Below are positions 7,667 through 17,517 of a stretch of 23,368 bases of DNA, piece by piece. Below the pieces are notes generated by a model that saw nothing but the letters and a program-made list of their open reading frames with translations, searched no databases and was not told the origin of the DNA. Position 1 is the stretch's first letter. Each line of letters opens with the position of its first letter. Position numbers and translations under genes: made by a program. The stretch is from Vicinamibacteria bacterium (GTDB lineage: Bacteria; Acidobacteriota; Vicinamibacteria; Fen-336), in NCBI GenBank assembly GCA_035544515.1, contig DATKEG010000253.1:1-23368 (forward strand), read 5' to 3'.

Positions 7667-8484
7667 AGCGGCTCCTGGGCGCGCTCGCCTGCGTGCTGGC
7701 CGCGCCAGCCGTGGAGGCCGGCCCCTGGGCCCAGGGCCGGCGGCACGCCTACACCAAGTTGAGCTTCCAGCATCTGGCCGCACGGCAGTACGCCCAACCG
7801 GACGGCACCATCTTCGAGATCCCGCGGTTCCGCTCCAGCGAGTGGACCTTCTTCGGGTCATTCGGGCTCACGGACCGCCTGACGCTCTGGGCGAACGTTC
7901 CCCTCGTCCGGTCCTCCGACCTCGAGGACGACCCCGACGAGCTGGGCCGTGAGAGCGGCCTCGGCGACCTGGGCTTCGCGCTGCAGGCCCAGCTCGGATC
8001 GCGCGGACCGTGGGTGTTCGCCGTCCGGGGTGCCTTCCAGATACCGACCGGAGACGAGACGCGCTCCGAGGGTCTCCAGGCGACGGGAAGCGGTGTGTTC
8101 GAGGGCTCGGGGGCGTTTGCCGCCGGTCGTTCACTGGCCGGCGGCCGCGGATACGGCTTCATCGAAGCCGGCTACAAGTACCGGGGAGGCGGTCTCAAGG
8201 ACGCCTTCGTCTACACCGCCCAACTGGGCTGGAACGCCGGCCAGCGCGTGACGTTCGCCTGGAACGTCCGCGGCGAAGAGCCCTTCTCGCACGAACCCGG
8301 GACGGCGGGCCTGAACTCCTTCGTCGGGGTCGGCGACCGCGTGACCTACGTCGTGTTCGGGCCGTCCGCGATCTTCGAGCTGGGCAGCGGCTGGGGAGCT
8401 CAACTCGATGTCGAGGGGTCGTTCCACGCCAGGAACCTGGCGAAGGGTCCGATGTTCCGGGCCGGGGTCACCTACCAGCGCTGA
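7663..8484 (+). CDS. Secreted protein, putative outer-membrane beta-barrel (MetA-pathway/phenol-degradation-like transporter family). Translationally coupled to the DM13 lipoprotein gene.
   Basis: The GTG start overlaps the upstream TGA (GTGA). Signal peptide VKRLLGALACVLAAPAVEA. Alternating hydrophobic/aromatic beta-strand pattern with GDLGFALQAQL and YKYRGGG motifs. The family assignment is from memory only. Confidence 0.5.
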   Translation: MKRLLGALACVLAAPAVEAGPWAQGRRHAYTKLSFQHLAARQYAQPDGTIFEIPRFRSSEWTFFGSFGLTDRLTLWANVPLVRSSDLEDDPDELGRESGLGDLGFALQAQLGSRGPWVFAVRGAFQIPTGDETRSEGLQATGSGVFEGSGAFAAGRSLAGGRGYGFIEAGYKYRGGGLKDAFVYTAQLGWNAGQRVTFAWNVRGEEPFSHEPGTAGLNSFVGVGDRVTYVVFGPSAIFELGSGWGAQLDVEGSFHARNLAKGPMFRAGVTYQR

Positions 8485-8497
8485 GGGAAAGGCCGGA

Positions 8498-9513
8498 CTA
8501 CTTGACCTCCCAGGTGTCGCCCTCGCGGAGCAGCCGACCCAGGTCGCCCCGGCCCTTGCGCGCGACCACATCGCGGATCTGGTCGTTCACTCCCGCTTCG
8601 TAGGGCGGCGCGGGCGCAGCGCGCAGGACGCCGAGCGGAGTCGGGAACCCCGGCGTCGAGTCCATGCGCGAGAGGAGGAAGGCGTAGCCGGGATTGGGAT
8701 GCCGCTCGTCGTGAATGATCAGGTCCTCCTCGGTCACGCCGTTGCCGAGGGGCACCACCTCGAGCTCGAGCCCGCGCATGCGCAGGCCCTTGTCCTTGCT
8801 CTTCCCGAACACGAGCGGCTGGCCGTGCTCCACCGCGATCGTGTGGTCGTCCCGGACGCCGCGCTCCGTGAGGGTCTCCCAGGCACCGTCGTTGAAGATG
8901 TTGCAGTTCTGCAGGATCTCGACGAAGGCCGTGCCCGGGTGGGCGGCGGCCTTCTTGAGCGTGGCCTTGAGATGGGCCTGGAACACGTCCACGGAGCGCG
9001 CCACGAACGTGGCCTCGGCGCCGAGCGCCAGGGAGAGCGGGTTGAACGGCCGGTCCACCGAGCCGTGCGGCGTGGACTTCGCCTTCTTGCCGATCTCGGA
9101 CGTCGGCGAGTACTGGCCCTTGGTCAGCCCGTAGATCCGGTTGTTGAAGAGCAGGACCTTGAGACCGATGTTCCGGCGCAGCATGTGGATGGTGTGGTTG
9201 CCGCCGATGGAGAGCGCGTCGCCGTCGCCGGTCGCCACCCAGACGTCGAGGTCCGGGCGGCTGAGCTTGAGGCCCGTGGCCACGGCCGGCGCCCGCCCGT
9301 GGATGGAGTGGAAGCCGTACGTGTTCATGTAGTACGGGAAACGGCTCGAGCAGCCGATCCCCGAGACGACCACGAACTTCTCGCGCGGGATGCCCAGCTC
9401 CGGGAAGACCGACTGCACCGCCGAGAGGATGGCGTAGTCCCCGCAGCCCGGGCACCAGCGGACCTCCTGGTCGGTCTGGAAGTCCTTCTTCGAGTAGACG
9501 GGCAGGGTCGCGG

Positions 9514-9517
<4 letters not shown>
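8498..9517 (-). CDS. korB: 2-oxoglutarate:ferredoxin oxidoreductase beta subunit (TPP-binding).
   Basis: VTATLPVYSKKDFQTDQEVRWCPGCGDYAIL N-terminus with the CPGCGD motif, plus GIGCSS and GDGD TPP motifs. The GTG start overlaps the korA stop (GTGA). The track ORF extends to 10861 only through out-of-frame Arg-rich readthrough. Confidence 0.9.
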
Positions 9518-11367
<1,850 letters not shown>

Positions 11368-11417
11368 GCCCTCCCTCTCTGGTTCCCCTGGCAGCCAGGA
11401 GACGGCGACGGATCCTG

Positions 11418-11447
11418 GCGAAGGCGTCCAATATAGCACCTTCGCCC
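11418..11447 (-). promoter_or_regulatory. Promoter-like or operator element upstream of korA. An 8-bp inverted repeat GGCGAAGG/CCTTCGCC flanks an AT-rich core containing TATATT (minus-strand sense), about 60 nt upstream of the korA ATG.
   Basis: ggcgaaggcgtccaatatagcaccttcgcc read directly. It is the only AT-rich hexamer in the 194-bp sucA-korA spacer. Confidence 0.4.
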
Positions 11448-11525
11448 GTGCCCTCCGCGGCGGGGCTCGCGCGCGCCGGCGCCATCGCCGACGCCCTGCG
11501 GACGTTCCTCCGCCGGGGGAAAATC

Positions 11526-11550
11526 GCGCGGTCGCGCCGGGAAGCGGCGG
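11526..11550 (-). terminator. Weak terminator-like element after sucA/kgd: a short GC stem (gcgc-gacc-gcgc) followed by GATTTTCCCCC on the minus strand.
   Basis: The minus-strand sequence ...ggcgcgaccgcgcgattttccccc lies immediately 3' of the TAG at 11562. Confidence 0.25.
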
Positions 11551-11561
11551 GAGGCGCGGGT

Positions 11562-14500
11562 CTAGGACGTGGCGGGAGCGGGCTGGGCCGCCGGCGCCAC
11601 GCCGGCGGCGGAGCCCACGCCGAGCGCGGCCTCGAGGATGGCGTCCTGCTCCTGCAGGTGCTGCTTGTACGAGCCGGCCGCGGGGCTGGCGCTGGGCGGC
11701 CGCCCGACATAGCGGGGGGTGCGGCCGCCCGCGCCGGACACGCCCTCGTCGAGGAATCGCTCGCGCACGAAGCGCCACGCGCCCATGTTGCTCGGCTCCT
11801 CCTGCGCAAAGACCAGCTCCGCCGAGCGCGGGTACCGCTCGAGCAGGCGACCGAGCCCTTCCGTGGGGAACGGATAGAGCTGCTCCAGGCGGACGAGGGC
11901 GACGCCGTCGGAGCGCCGGTCCTCCCGGGCCTTCAGCAGGTCGTAGTAGAGCTTGCCCGAGGTGACCACCACGCGGCGGACGTGCGTGCGCTCGGCCGCG
12001 GGATCGTCGAGCACCTCCTGGAAGCGGCCGTCCGCCAGCTCGCCCGGCGGCGAGACGCAGCGCGGATGGCGCAGCAGGCTCTTGGGCGTGAGCACGATCA
12101 GCGGCCTCTCGTCGGCCGAGCGACCCTGCGCGCGCAGCAGGTGGAAGTAGGAGGCGGGCGTCGACGGGTAGCACACCCGCATGTTCTCCTCGGCGCAGAG
12201 GGTCAGGAACCGCTCCGGCCGGGCGCTGCTGTGCTCGGGCCCCTGTCCTTCGTAGCCGTGCGGCAGCAGCAGGGTGAGGCCGCTCGGCTGCCCCCACTTC
12301 TGCTCGGAGGCGGCCAGGAACTGGTCGACGATGACCTGGGCGGCGTTGTTGAAGTCTCCGAACTGCGCCTCCCAAAGGACGAGCGTGCGGTGGTCGGAGA
12401 CGGTGTAGCCGAACTCGAAGCCCATGACCGCGGCCTCCGAGAGCAGGCTGTCGTACACCTCGAAGCGCACGCCCGCGGGCGCGAGCCTTTGCAGCGGCAC
12501 GATCGCCTTCTCGTTGCGCACGTCGTACAGGATCGAGTGGCGCTGGCTGAAGGTGCCGCGGCCGGAATCCTGGCCGGAGAGGCGCACGGGTATGCCCTCG
12601 AGGAGCAACGTGCCGAAGGCGAGGGCCTCCGCCGTGGCCCAGTCCACGTCGCCCCGCCCCTCGAGCAGTTCCGCCCGGCGCTTCAGCCAGGGAGAGAGCT
12701 TGGGATGCGGCGCGAACCCCTCGGGCACCGTGCTCAGGGCCTGGAGCACGGCGCGCAGGCGTCCCCACATGGCCGTGGCGTCGACCGGCGCGAGGTCCAG
12801 GGGCTCCCGGCGCGTGACGGCCGGGATGAACCCGGCCTGCCCCTCGTCCTGCATCTGGGCCTTCTTCTGCGAAGAGAGGCGCTCGAGCTCCTCGCGCGTG
12901 AGGACGCCCGTCCGCACCAGGTGCTCGCCGTAGAGCTCGGCCACCGGGGTGTGGTCCTTGATCTTGGCGTACATGAGCGGCTGGGTGTAGCTCGGCTCGT
13001 CCGTCTCGTTGTGTCCCCAGCGGCGGTAGCCCACGAGGTCGATGACCACGTCGCGCTTGAACTTCTGCCGGTACTCCAGCGCGATCACCGCCACGTGGTC
13101 CACGGACTCGGGCTCGTCGCCGTTCACGTGGAAGACGGGGGCGTGCACCATCTTCGCCACGTCCGTGCAGTAGGTGGACGAGCGCGCGTCCTCCGGGCTG
13201 GTGGTGAACCCGATCTGGTTGTTGATCACGAGATGGATGGTGCCGCCCGTGGTGTAGCCCTCGAGCTGCGCGAGGTTGAGCGTCTCCGCCACGATGCCCT
13301 GCCCGGCGAAGGCGGCGTCGCCGTGGATCAGGAGCGGGATCACGCGCCCGCGCTCCCGGTCGGCCACACCCTCCTGCCTGGCGCGAACCATCCCCTCGAC
13401 CACGGGGTTCACCCACTCCAGGTGGCTGGGGTTCGGCGCGACGCTGACCGTGATGCCGTGGCCGCTCGGGGCCTCGTGCTCCCCGGACGCGCCGAGGTGG
13501 TACTTCACGTCGCCCGAGCCCTGCGTGGCCAGCGGGTCGGGGTTGCCGTCGAACTCGGAGAAGATCTGGGCCAGCGGCTTGCCGATGGTGTTGGCCAGCA
13601 CGTTCAGCCGGCCGCGGTGCGCCATGCCGATGACCACTTCCTTCACGCCACCCTCCGCGCCGTCGTTGAGCAGGCGGTCGAGGAAGGGTATGGTCGCCTC
13701 GCAACCCTCGAGCGAGAAGCGCTTGTGGCCGATGTACTTCGCGTGGAGGAACCGCTCGAACGCTTCCGCCTCCACGAGCTTCTCCAGGATCCGCCGGCGA
13801 GAGGCTTCGTCGAGACGAGGCCGGTTGCGCGTCGATTCCATCCGGTGCTGCAGCCACTCCTTGCGCTCGGGGTCGGCGATGTACATGTATTCGACGCCGA
13901 TGGTGCGGCAGTAGGTCTCGCGCAGGATCTCCAGGATCTCGCGCAGGGTGGCCCGATCCCTTCCCGAGAGCCCGTCGGTGATGAACTCGCGGTCGAGGTC
14001 CCATAGGGTGAGCCCATAGGTGGCGGGATCGAGGTCCCGGTGGGGCGCGCGGCGCGAGTCGAGCGGGTCGAGGTCGGCCACCAGGTGCCCCCGCACGCGG
14101 TAGGCGTGGATGAGCTGCAGCACGCTGGCCTGCTTCTCGATGACCTCGTCGCTGCCCGCGGGCCCGAACAGGCCCGGGGTGACGTCGATCTCCCAGCGCG
14201 CGGGCCGGTGCACCACCTTCAGGTCGTCGAAGATGCGCTCGTAGAAGCCGTCGTCGCCGCGCAGCAGCTCCTCCAGGCGCGCCAGGAACAGGCCCGACTC
14301 GGCGCCCTGGATGATCCGGTGGTCGTAGGTCGAGGTCACGGTCATGACCTTGCTGATGCCGAGGAGCGACAGGGTCCGCGGCGCCATGGCCCGGTATTCG
14401 GGCGGGAAGTCGAGCGCGCCCGTGGCCACGATCAGGCCCTGCCCCGGCATGAGGCGCGGAGCGGAGAGTGTCGTGCCCATCACACCGGGGTTCGTGAGCG

Positions 14501-15269
14501 AGACGGTGGTGCCCATGAAGTCGTCGGGGCCGATGGCGCCCTTGCGCGCGCGGGCCACCAGGCCGTCGAACGCCTGCAGGAAGGAGGCGAAGTCGAGCCG
14601 GTTCGCGTCTCTGATGTTCGGCACGAGGAGCGTGCGCGTGCCGTCCTTTTTCTGCACGTCCACCGCGATGCCCAGGCGCACCGAGTCGCGCTGGATGCGG
14701 TGGGGCTGGCCGTCCAGCTCGGCGTAGGCGTCGTTGAGCCGCGGGAAGGTGTCGAGCGCGCGCAGGACGGCCCAGGCGACGAGGTGGGTGAAGCTGACCT
14801 TGCCCGCCCCGGAGGCGTCGCGGTCCTTGTTGAGCAGCTTCCGGTTCTCCTCCAGCGTGCGCACGGGCACGCCGCGCATGGAGGTGGCGGTGGGAACACT
14901 GAGGCTCGCCTCCATGTTCTCCGCGATGCGTAGCGCCCCGCCGCGGATGGGCGTGGCGATGTCGCCGGGCAGCAGCACCGGCACCATGAGCGCCTTCGCG
15001 TCGCGGGCGGCCGGGGCCGCGGACGCGGAGCGCGTCAACGTGGCCACGCGAGCCGGTGGCTCCGCCGCCGCCGGCTGGGCGGAGACGGTCACCGCCCGCC
15101 CGGGCTCGGCAGGCACGCCCATGAGCCGATCGAAATACTGCCGCCAGGAGGCCTCGACGGAGGCGCGATCACGCCGGTACTCGCCGAGCAGGCCGACCGC
15201 GAACTCGTAGTTCGCCCCGAAGTCGTTGACGAGCTTGTCGACGACCGAATCGGCCTCGTCAGCGGGCAT
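11562..15269 (-). CDS. sucA: 2-oxoglutarate dehydrogenase/decarboxylase E1 component with an N-terminal fused E2-type succinyltransferase catalytic domain (Kgd/OdhA type). No lipoyl domain is evident.
   Basis: 1235 aa. The N-terminus FGANYEFAVGLLGEYRRDRASVEASWRQYF is SucA-like. Residues about 150-400 carry the 2-oxoacid dehydrogenase acyltransferase catalytic motif (STYDHRIIQGAESG). These are followed by the E1o ThDP domain (GMAHRGRLNVL, HGDAAFAGQG) and transketolase-like C-terminal domains. Confidence 0.9.
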   Translation of the reverse strand: MPADEADSVVDKLVNDFGANYEFAVGLLGEYRRDRASVEASWRQYFDRLMGVPAEPGRAVTVSAQPAAAEPPARVATLTRSASAAPAARDAKALMVPVLLPGDIATPIRGGALRIAENMEASLSVPTATSMRGVPVRTLEENRKLLNKDRDASGAGKVSFTHLVAWAVLRALDTFPRLNDAYAELDGQPHRIQRDSVRLGIAVDVQKKDGTRTLLVPNIRDANRLDFASFLQAFDGLVARARKGAIGPDDFMGTTVSLTNPGVMGTTLSAPRLMPGQGLIVATGALDFPPEYRAMAPRTLSLLGISKVMTVTSTYDHRIIQGAESGLFLARLEELLRGDDGFYERIFDDLKVVHRPARWEIDVTPGLFGPAGSDEVIEKQASVLQLIHAYRVRGHLVADLDPLDSRRAPHRDLDPATYGLTLWDLDREFITDGLSGRDRATLREILEILRETYCRTIGVEYMYIADPERKEWLQHRMESTRNRPRLDEASRRRILEKLVEAEAFERFLHAKYIGHKRFSLEGCEATIPFLDRLLNDGAEGGVKEVVIGMAHRGRLNVLANTIGKPLAQIFSEFDGNPDPLATQGSGDVKYHLGASGEHEAPSGHGITVSVAPNPSHLEWVNPVVEGMVRARQEGVADRERGRVIPLLIHGDAAFAGQGIVAETLNLAQLEGYTTGGTIHLVINNQIGFTTSPEDARSSTYCTDVAKMVHAPVFHVNGDEPESVDHVAVIALEYRQKFKRDVVIDLVGYRRWGHNETDEPSYTQPLMYAKIKDHTPVAELYGEHLVRTGVLTREELERLSSQKKAQMQDEGQAGFIPAVTRREPLDLAPVDATAMWGRLRAVLQALSTVPEGFAPHPKLSPWLKRRAELLEGRGDVDWATAEALAFGTLLLEGIPVRLSGQDSGRGTFSQRHSILYDVRNEKAIVPLQRLAPAGVRFEVYDSLLSEAAVMGFEFGYTVSDHRTLVLWEAQFGDFNNAAQVIVDQFLAASEQKWGQPSGLTLLLPHGYEGQGPEHSSARPERFLTLCAEENMRVCYPSTPASYFHLLRAQGRSADERPLIVLTPKSLLRHPRCVSPPGELADGRFQEVLDDPAAERTHVRRVVVTSGKLYYDLLKAREDRRSDGVALVRLEQLYPFPTEGLGRLLERYPRSAELVFAQEEPSNMGAWRFVRERFLDEGVSGAGGRTPRYVGRPPSASPAAGSYKQHLQEQDAILEAALGVGSAAGVAPAAQPAPATS

Positions 15270-15344
15270 GACGAGCCAGTCTAGCGCCCCGCGCTCGGGG
15301 CTTTCAAGGAGCGAAGAAGGTTGGAGACAGGCTCGGTCTGCCCA

Positions 15345-15375
15345 GCGCCCCTGGGAAACGAAGCGCGGCCGCGCT
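15345..15375 (-). terminator. Terminator-like element immediately 3' of the GGDEF gene stop. A perfect 12-bp palindrome GCGCGGCCGCGC is followed by TTCGTTTCCC on the minus strand.
   Basis: gggaaacgaagcgcggccgcgc on the + strand at 15353-15374. The stop TAG is at 15376-15378. Confidence 0.45.
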
Positions 15376-16512
15376 CTACCGCCGGGCCGCCTGGCCGGGG
15401 CCCGACCGCCGCCAGAGCAGCACTTCGAAGCCGGTCACGCGGCCGCCTTTGACCGCGAGCGTGGGCGCGTAGTGCGTCCGGAACTCCTCGCGCTCGAGCG
15501 CGCGGCGCAGCTCCACCTCGACGCGCAGCAGCGACATGGAGCGCGCGTCGTAGGGACCGTCGAAGATCTGGTAGCGCGCCTTGCCCTGTACCTTGGCCCG
15601 GAACATCGCGGTCTCCGCCTCGTGCAGGACGGCGTCGGGCCGCGCGCCGCGCGTCCCCACCGCGATGCCGACGCTGGCGCGCGGGCTGGCCGCGTGTCCG
15701 GCCACGTCCACCGGGTCGGCGAGCACGGTCAGCACCCGCTCCGCCACGCACACCGCGTCACGCCGCGCGTCGGACAGGTCCTCGAGCAGGATGACGAACT
15801 CGTCGCCCGCGAAACGGGCCAGCACGTCCCCGCTGCGCAAGATCGTCTCGAGGCGCCGCGCCGTCTCCAGCAGCACCTGGTCGCCCCCGCGATAGCCCAC
15901 GACATCGTTGATGCCCTTGAAGCCGTCCAGGTTCACGAGCAGCACCGCGTAGCCGCCGCCCTGGCGCGCGACCGCGCGGTCCAGCACTTCGAGGAACCCG
16001 GTGCGGTTCGGCAGGCCGGTCAAGCCGTCGCGGAGCGTGGAGCGCAGCAGGTCGTCCTGGGCGCGCTTGACCTCGGTCACGTCGATCGCCGCGCCGACCG
16101 TGCCCACGACGGCGTCGGTGTCGTCACGCAGGGGCTCCACCCGCGCCTGGAAGCTGCGGCCGAGCCAGTCCGCCTCGTATTCGACGGTCTCCCCCTGCAG
16201 CGCGCGCCGGTGCGCCTCGAGCGCCTCGCCGCTGGGGACGGAAAGCGTCTCCGCCAGCGGCCGGCCCACGAGGTCCGCGGGCGAGGGCTGCAGCCCGTGC
16301 ATCTGGCCCGACCGGCAGGACGTCACGCACAGGTCGGTGTCCGTGGACCACGAGAGCATGCACACGCGCGTGGTGAGCAGGCGCATGCGCAGCTCCGCCT
16401 GCCGCAGCGAGGCCTGTGCCCGGTCGGCCCCCCCGGCCGTGCCCGCCTCGGGCTCGGCGGGGCGCGCCGCACCCGGGAGGGACGTCACGTTATCGGGCCT
16501 CACGGGATTCAC
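15376..16512 (-). CDS. PAS-GGDEF signalling protein with a degenerate A-site (AGDEF), an intact I-site (RSGD) and a roughly 45-aa vestigial N-terminal fragment of an EAL domain at the C-terminus.
   Basis: GTG start at 16512 with a perfect AGGAGG 6 nt upstream. The track's ATG at 16641 is rejected because its N-terminus is low-complexity and lacks an RBS. GGDEF-domain motifs LTGLPNR, NLDGFKGINDVVGYRGGDQVL and RSGDVLARFAGDEF. The C-terminal LRRALEREEFRTHYAPTLAVKGGRVTGFEVLLWRR matches the start of an EAL domain and then stops. Confidence 0.8.
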   Translation of the reverse strand: MNPVRPDNVTSLPGAARPAEPEAGTAGGADRAQASLRQAELRMRLLTTRVCMLSWSTDTDLCVTSCRSGQMHGLQPSPADLVGRPLAETLSVPSGEALEAHRRALQGETVEYEADWLGRSFQARVEPLRDDTDAVVGTVGAAIDVTEVKRAQDDLLRSTLRDGLTGLPNRTGFLEVLDRAVARQGGGYAVLLVNLDGFKGINDVVGYRGGDQVLLETARRLETILRSGDVLARFAGDEFVILLEDLSDARRDAVCVAERVLTVLADPVDVAGHAASPRASVGIAVGTRGARPDAVLHEAETAMFRAKVQGKARYQIFDGPYDARSMSLLRVEVELRRALEREEFRTHYAPTLAVKGGRVTGFEVLLWRRSGPGQAARR

Positions 16513-16557
16513 CGCGGTCCTCCTGTTCCAGGCACGAGCAGCGGTGCAGTGTCGGCG

Positions 16558-16590
16558 ATCACAGTCGAGTTGTCTGTGATGAAAGTCACC
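16558..16590. promoter_or_regulatory. Candidate CRP/FNR-family binding site TGTGA-tgaaag-TCACc (16575-16590), overlapping a 7-bp inverted repeat ATCACAG-N9-CTGTGAT (16558-16580). It lies 63-100 nt upstream of the GGDEF gene start in a locally AT-richer region.
   Basis: Read directly. It matches the CRP consensus TGTGA-N6-TCACA at 9 of 10 positions. Confidence 0.45.
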
Positions 16591-16664
16591 GGATTTTGGC
16601 CCCGGGCCAAGAAAAACGGCATGTCGGTCCCGGGATGACACCCCGTTTTGCTATGAAGAAGGGT

Positions 16665-17513
16665 TCAGCTCCCCGTTGGCCGCCCCGGCGCCTCATGCTC
16701 GACCACGAAGACGTTGGCGTAGAGGTTGGCCTTGACCTGCTGCCCCGTCTGGGTCAGGGAGAGGTAGTCGAGCGCGTCCTTCACGTACGGGAAAACGTTC
16801 GTCCAATAGAACTTGGGGTAATTCCGGCGCAGGTCGTCGGGGGTGCGGTAACCGAGCTTCCGGTTGACGCCCGTCTCCTCGAACTCGAAGAACAGGGCCG
16901 GTATCTTCTTCAGATATCGGGGGTCGCTGAGCTGGCCGATGAGATCCGCGGCCCGCACGAGCGCCGGGTAGCCGCCCGTGTCCTGCGCGTCGTCGGGCTC
17001 CGGCACCGGGAAGCGCGTGGGCTCGATGCACCGCCGCACGCGCTCGACGTCGATGAGGTCGTGCCCTCCGAAACGCTCTTGCACGAACAACTTACCTCGA
17101 TCGACGTGGTACGGGGTCAACGCGGCGTCCGTGGCTCCCGGCGACAGGTCGAAGGTCTCGTCTCCCACACCGGTGACGCACCGGCCGTCGCGGTCGGCTC
17201 TGCAGACGCCCTTGACGTACCCGATGTCGTGGCAGAGCAGCGACACGCTGACGTGCAGCCAGTCCTCCGGGGTGACGCCGCCCTCGCGGATGTGCTTGCC
17301 CCGCAGGAGCTCCTGGCCGACGAGCGTCACCAGGATCGTGTGGTCGACGTCGTGATAGAGCGCGTCGCTGTTGGCGATGTTTTCGAGGGCCATGCCCCCT
17401 GCCCAGCCCACGATCTCGGCGTAGTCGGGCTTCTGGCCACCGTAGGTGCGCCGGTAGCCCTCCTGCACCTGCTGGACGAAGGCGTCGATGCCGACCTGCG
17501 TGAGGTTCAGCAT
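16665..17513 (-). CDS. HD-domain metal-dependent phosphohydrolase (no GYP motif).
   Basis: 282 aa. HD motifs YHDVDHTILV and LLCHDIGY. ATG at 17513, only 4 nt after the kefB-like stop at 17518. Confidence 0.75.
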   Translation of the reverse strand: MLNLTQVGIDAFVQQVQEGYRRTYGGQKPDYAEIVGWAGGMALENIANSDALYHDVDHTILVTLVGQELLRGKHIREGGVTPEDWLHVSVSLLCHDIGYVKGVCRADRDGRCVTGVGDETFDLSPGATDAALTPYHVDRGKLFVQERFGGHDLIDVERVRRCIEPTRFPVPEPDDAQDTGGYPALVRAADLIGQLSDPRYLKKIPALFFEFEETGVNRKLGYRTPDDLRRNYPKFYWTNVFPYVKDALDYLSLTQTGQQVKANLYANVFVVEHEAPGRPTGS

Positions 17514-17517
17514 CCCG

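Noticed and set aside
16513-16641. ATG at 16641 as the GGDEF gene start.
   Set aside because: There is no RBS. The encoded segment (MSSRDRHAVFLGPGPKSGDFHHRQLDCDRRHC...) lies in the AT-richer promoter region containing the CRP-like site. The GTG at 16512 has a perfect AGGAGG at optimal spacing.
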